Below, piece by piece: positions 62,521-64,000 of a stretch of 64,000 nucleotides of DNA (positions within the stretch are counted from its first letter, which is position 1; every line of letters starts with the position of its first letter). Under the pieces are notes generated by a model. That model was not told the origin of the DNA. It saw only the letters and a list, made by a program, of their open reading frames with translations, and ran no database searches. Both the position numbers and the translations under genes were made by a program. This DNA is from Guillardia theta CCMP2712 (Eukaryota; Protista; Cryptophyta). The stretch covers positions 130,846-194,845 of the forward strand of contig NW_005434599.1 in the NCBI RefSeq assembly GCF_000315625.1, in the 5' to 3' direction.

Positions 62521-62820
62521 ATTATGTCGATCTTGATTATTGTGATATTGCTATGATATTATTGATGATGGGGAGAATGATGATAAGGATGACGATGATG
62601 GAATTGGAGTTGGAAATGGAAACAGGCATTAATAGAAAGAAAATTTTAAACGATCGATACTACGATGCTGGAAATGATGTTGCGACTGATAATCATGCAA
62701 ATGATAAGTACAATGATGGTGCCTTCAATGTTGGTCATGATTGTATTGGTGATCGTGGGGGATGATGACCATGAAAGGATGTGGAGATTTTGACGAAAAC
62801 TTGTACCTCACAGGAGGAGA

Positions 62821-63885
62821 GTGATGGCTGCGGGATGTTCGGGGCTCTTGATGTTGGCAGTTGTCGTGGTTGCGACACGGGGCACCAAGGATACCATACT
62901 TGCATCCACAGTGAGCAAGGGATACGGGGAGTGGTGCAACGGCTGCGGACCGCTTCCCCTTGCGGGAGTTGTCTCCCGCAACGCACACAGGATAGCGGCT
63001 AACAGCGACGCTATGCGCGCTCTCTACCAGTCTGCCAACTCAGGACTGACAGCAGCGAACAAGCAGCTGCTCCGTCTAGAGCAGACGGTGGAGCAGACGG
63101 AGGAAGGGCTGGCGTCAGGGCTTGCGCACTATCAGGCTGTTCCTGGCTATGGCGGAATCTACGCGCCTGTGCCCTCCTATACTGCTCCCTATGCGTCTCC
63201 CTATGCGTCTCCCTACGCTTCTCCCTACGTCTCTTCTTTTGCTAGCCCGGTGGTAGCAGCTGGACCTGCTGTTGGAGCAGCTGTGGTGACTGCTGGGCCG
63301 CATCGAGTGCCAGGAGGATGGCTTCCCGTCTATGATCAACCGGCTGTGTCAAGAGTCCCCGTCCCTGCTGGCCCGGTCGCTCCGCCTTTCGCTCCGCCTG
63401 GCTACCAAGCTGTCTTCGTGCCTGGCGGGATGGGAGAAGGAAGTGCTGCTGCTCCTGCTGCCGACATCTCCCTCCCTCCACCTCCAGAAGAGGAGGCGGA
63501 AGAGGCGGAGGACACGGCAGCGCCAGCGAGTGAGGGATCGGATGAAGACGATTCAGCTGTTAAGCCGCTCATCCCCTTCAACTTGCCGGAGGAGGCGACA
63601 CAGGTGGCTGAGAGCGCGGCCAGCCAACCGGAGGCGCCGCAGCCGGCAAACATCAGGGCGCGTGCGATGGAGCACGTCATGCAAAAAGCGGCGAAATCCC
63701 TTGGTCCCGTTGTTGCGGCTGCAGCTAGTCCAGGAGGAGGAGCAAGGGGAGGAGCGAAGGCTCCTTCTACTCAAGTTGCTGCTGCTGCTGCTGCTAGAGG
63801 GGGAGGACAGCGAGCGGCTCTTTTCGTGAACCAAGTTCGGTCGCACTTCATGGCCAACCAGCGAGACGATGGAGAGATGCTGTGA
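62821..63885 (+). CDS. Secreted Pro/Ala-rich hypothetical protein, intronless
   Basis: 354-aa ORF; signal peptide MMAAGCSGLLMLAVVVVATRG; WCNGC, short coiled coil, (YASP)n repeats, acidic linker. Confidence 0.7.
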   Translation: MMAAGCSGLLMLAVVVVATRGTKDTILASTVSKGYGEWCNGCGPLPLAGVVSRNAHRIAANSDAMRALYQSANSGLTAANKQLLRLEQTVEQTEEGLASGLAHYQAVPGYGGIYAPVPSYTAPYASPYASPYASPYVSSFASPVVAAGPAVGAAVVTAGPHRVPGGWLPVYDQPAVSRVPVPAGPVAPPFAPPGYQAVFVPGGMGEGSAAAPAADISLPPPPEEEAEEAEDTAAPASEGSDEDDSAVKPLIPFNLPEEATQVAESAASQPEAPQPANIRARAMEHVMQKAAKSLGPVVAAAASPGGGARGGAKAPSTQVAAAAAARGGGQRAALFVNQVRSHFMANQRDDGEML

Positions 63886-64000
63886 AGTGCTCGCAAACTA
63901 TTCTCTCCTCACTGCGCAGTCAGATTGTAGAATTTTAACTTCCTGCATGTACAAAAATGAAACGATCGAGGTAACCGCTTCCTCTCGTTCCCTCCCCACC

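Overview
Eukaryotic, gene-dense, intron-rich nuclear scaffold of a complex-plastid alga. It is most consistent with a cryptophyte such as Guillardia theta: it has a chlorophyll a/c LHC with an ASA-FAP bipartite presequence, many ~40-60 nt introns, microsatellite-filled introns and 5 assembly gaps. I can support about 25 protein genes. Recognisable ones are LHC, SGT1, DPH7, a MAPKK, a two-PDZ protein, an F-box/SPRY protein, Derlin, TRAP-alpha, WDR77/MEP50, CSE1, RP2, PEX12, a Nup98-like FG nucleoporin and an unusual cNMP-IQ-C2-channel-cNMP protein. No rRNA, tRNA, CRISPR array or intact transposon was recognised. Most notable: (i) genes alternate strand almost perfectly, and head-to-head spacers share GGGGTAGGG/CCCTACCCC clusters, often with GC-rich palindrome-dense islands; (ii) a cyclic-nucleotide-gated-type channel has a non-canonical filter and an extra N-terminal cNMP-IQ-C2 module; (iii) two genes are absent from the ORF track, a 72-aa spliced microprotein and a plastid-targeted 5' end; (iv) there is an apparent frameshift in CSE1, a recent 339-bp duplication in the Nup98-like gene, and three GC-AG introns. 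Exon boundaries were read by eye and family calls come from motif recognition, not database searches.
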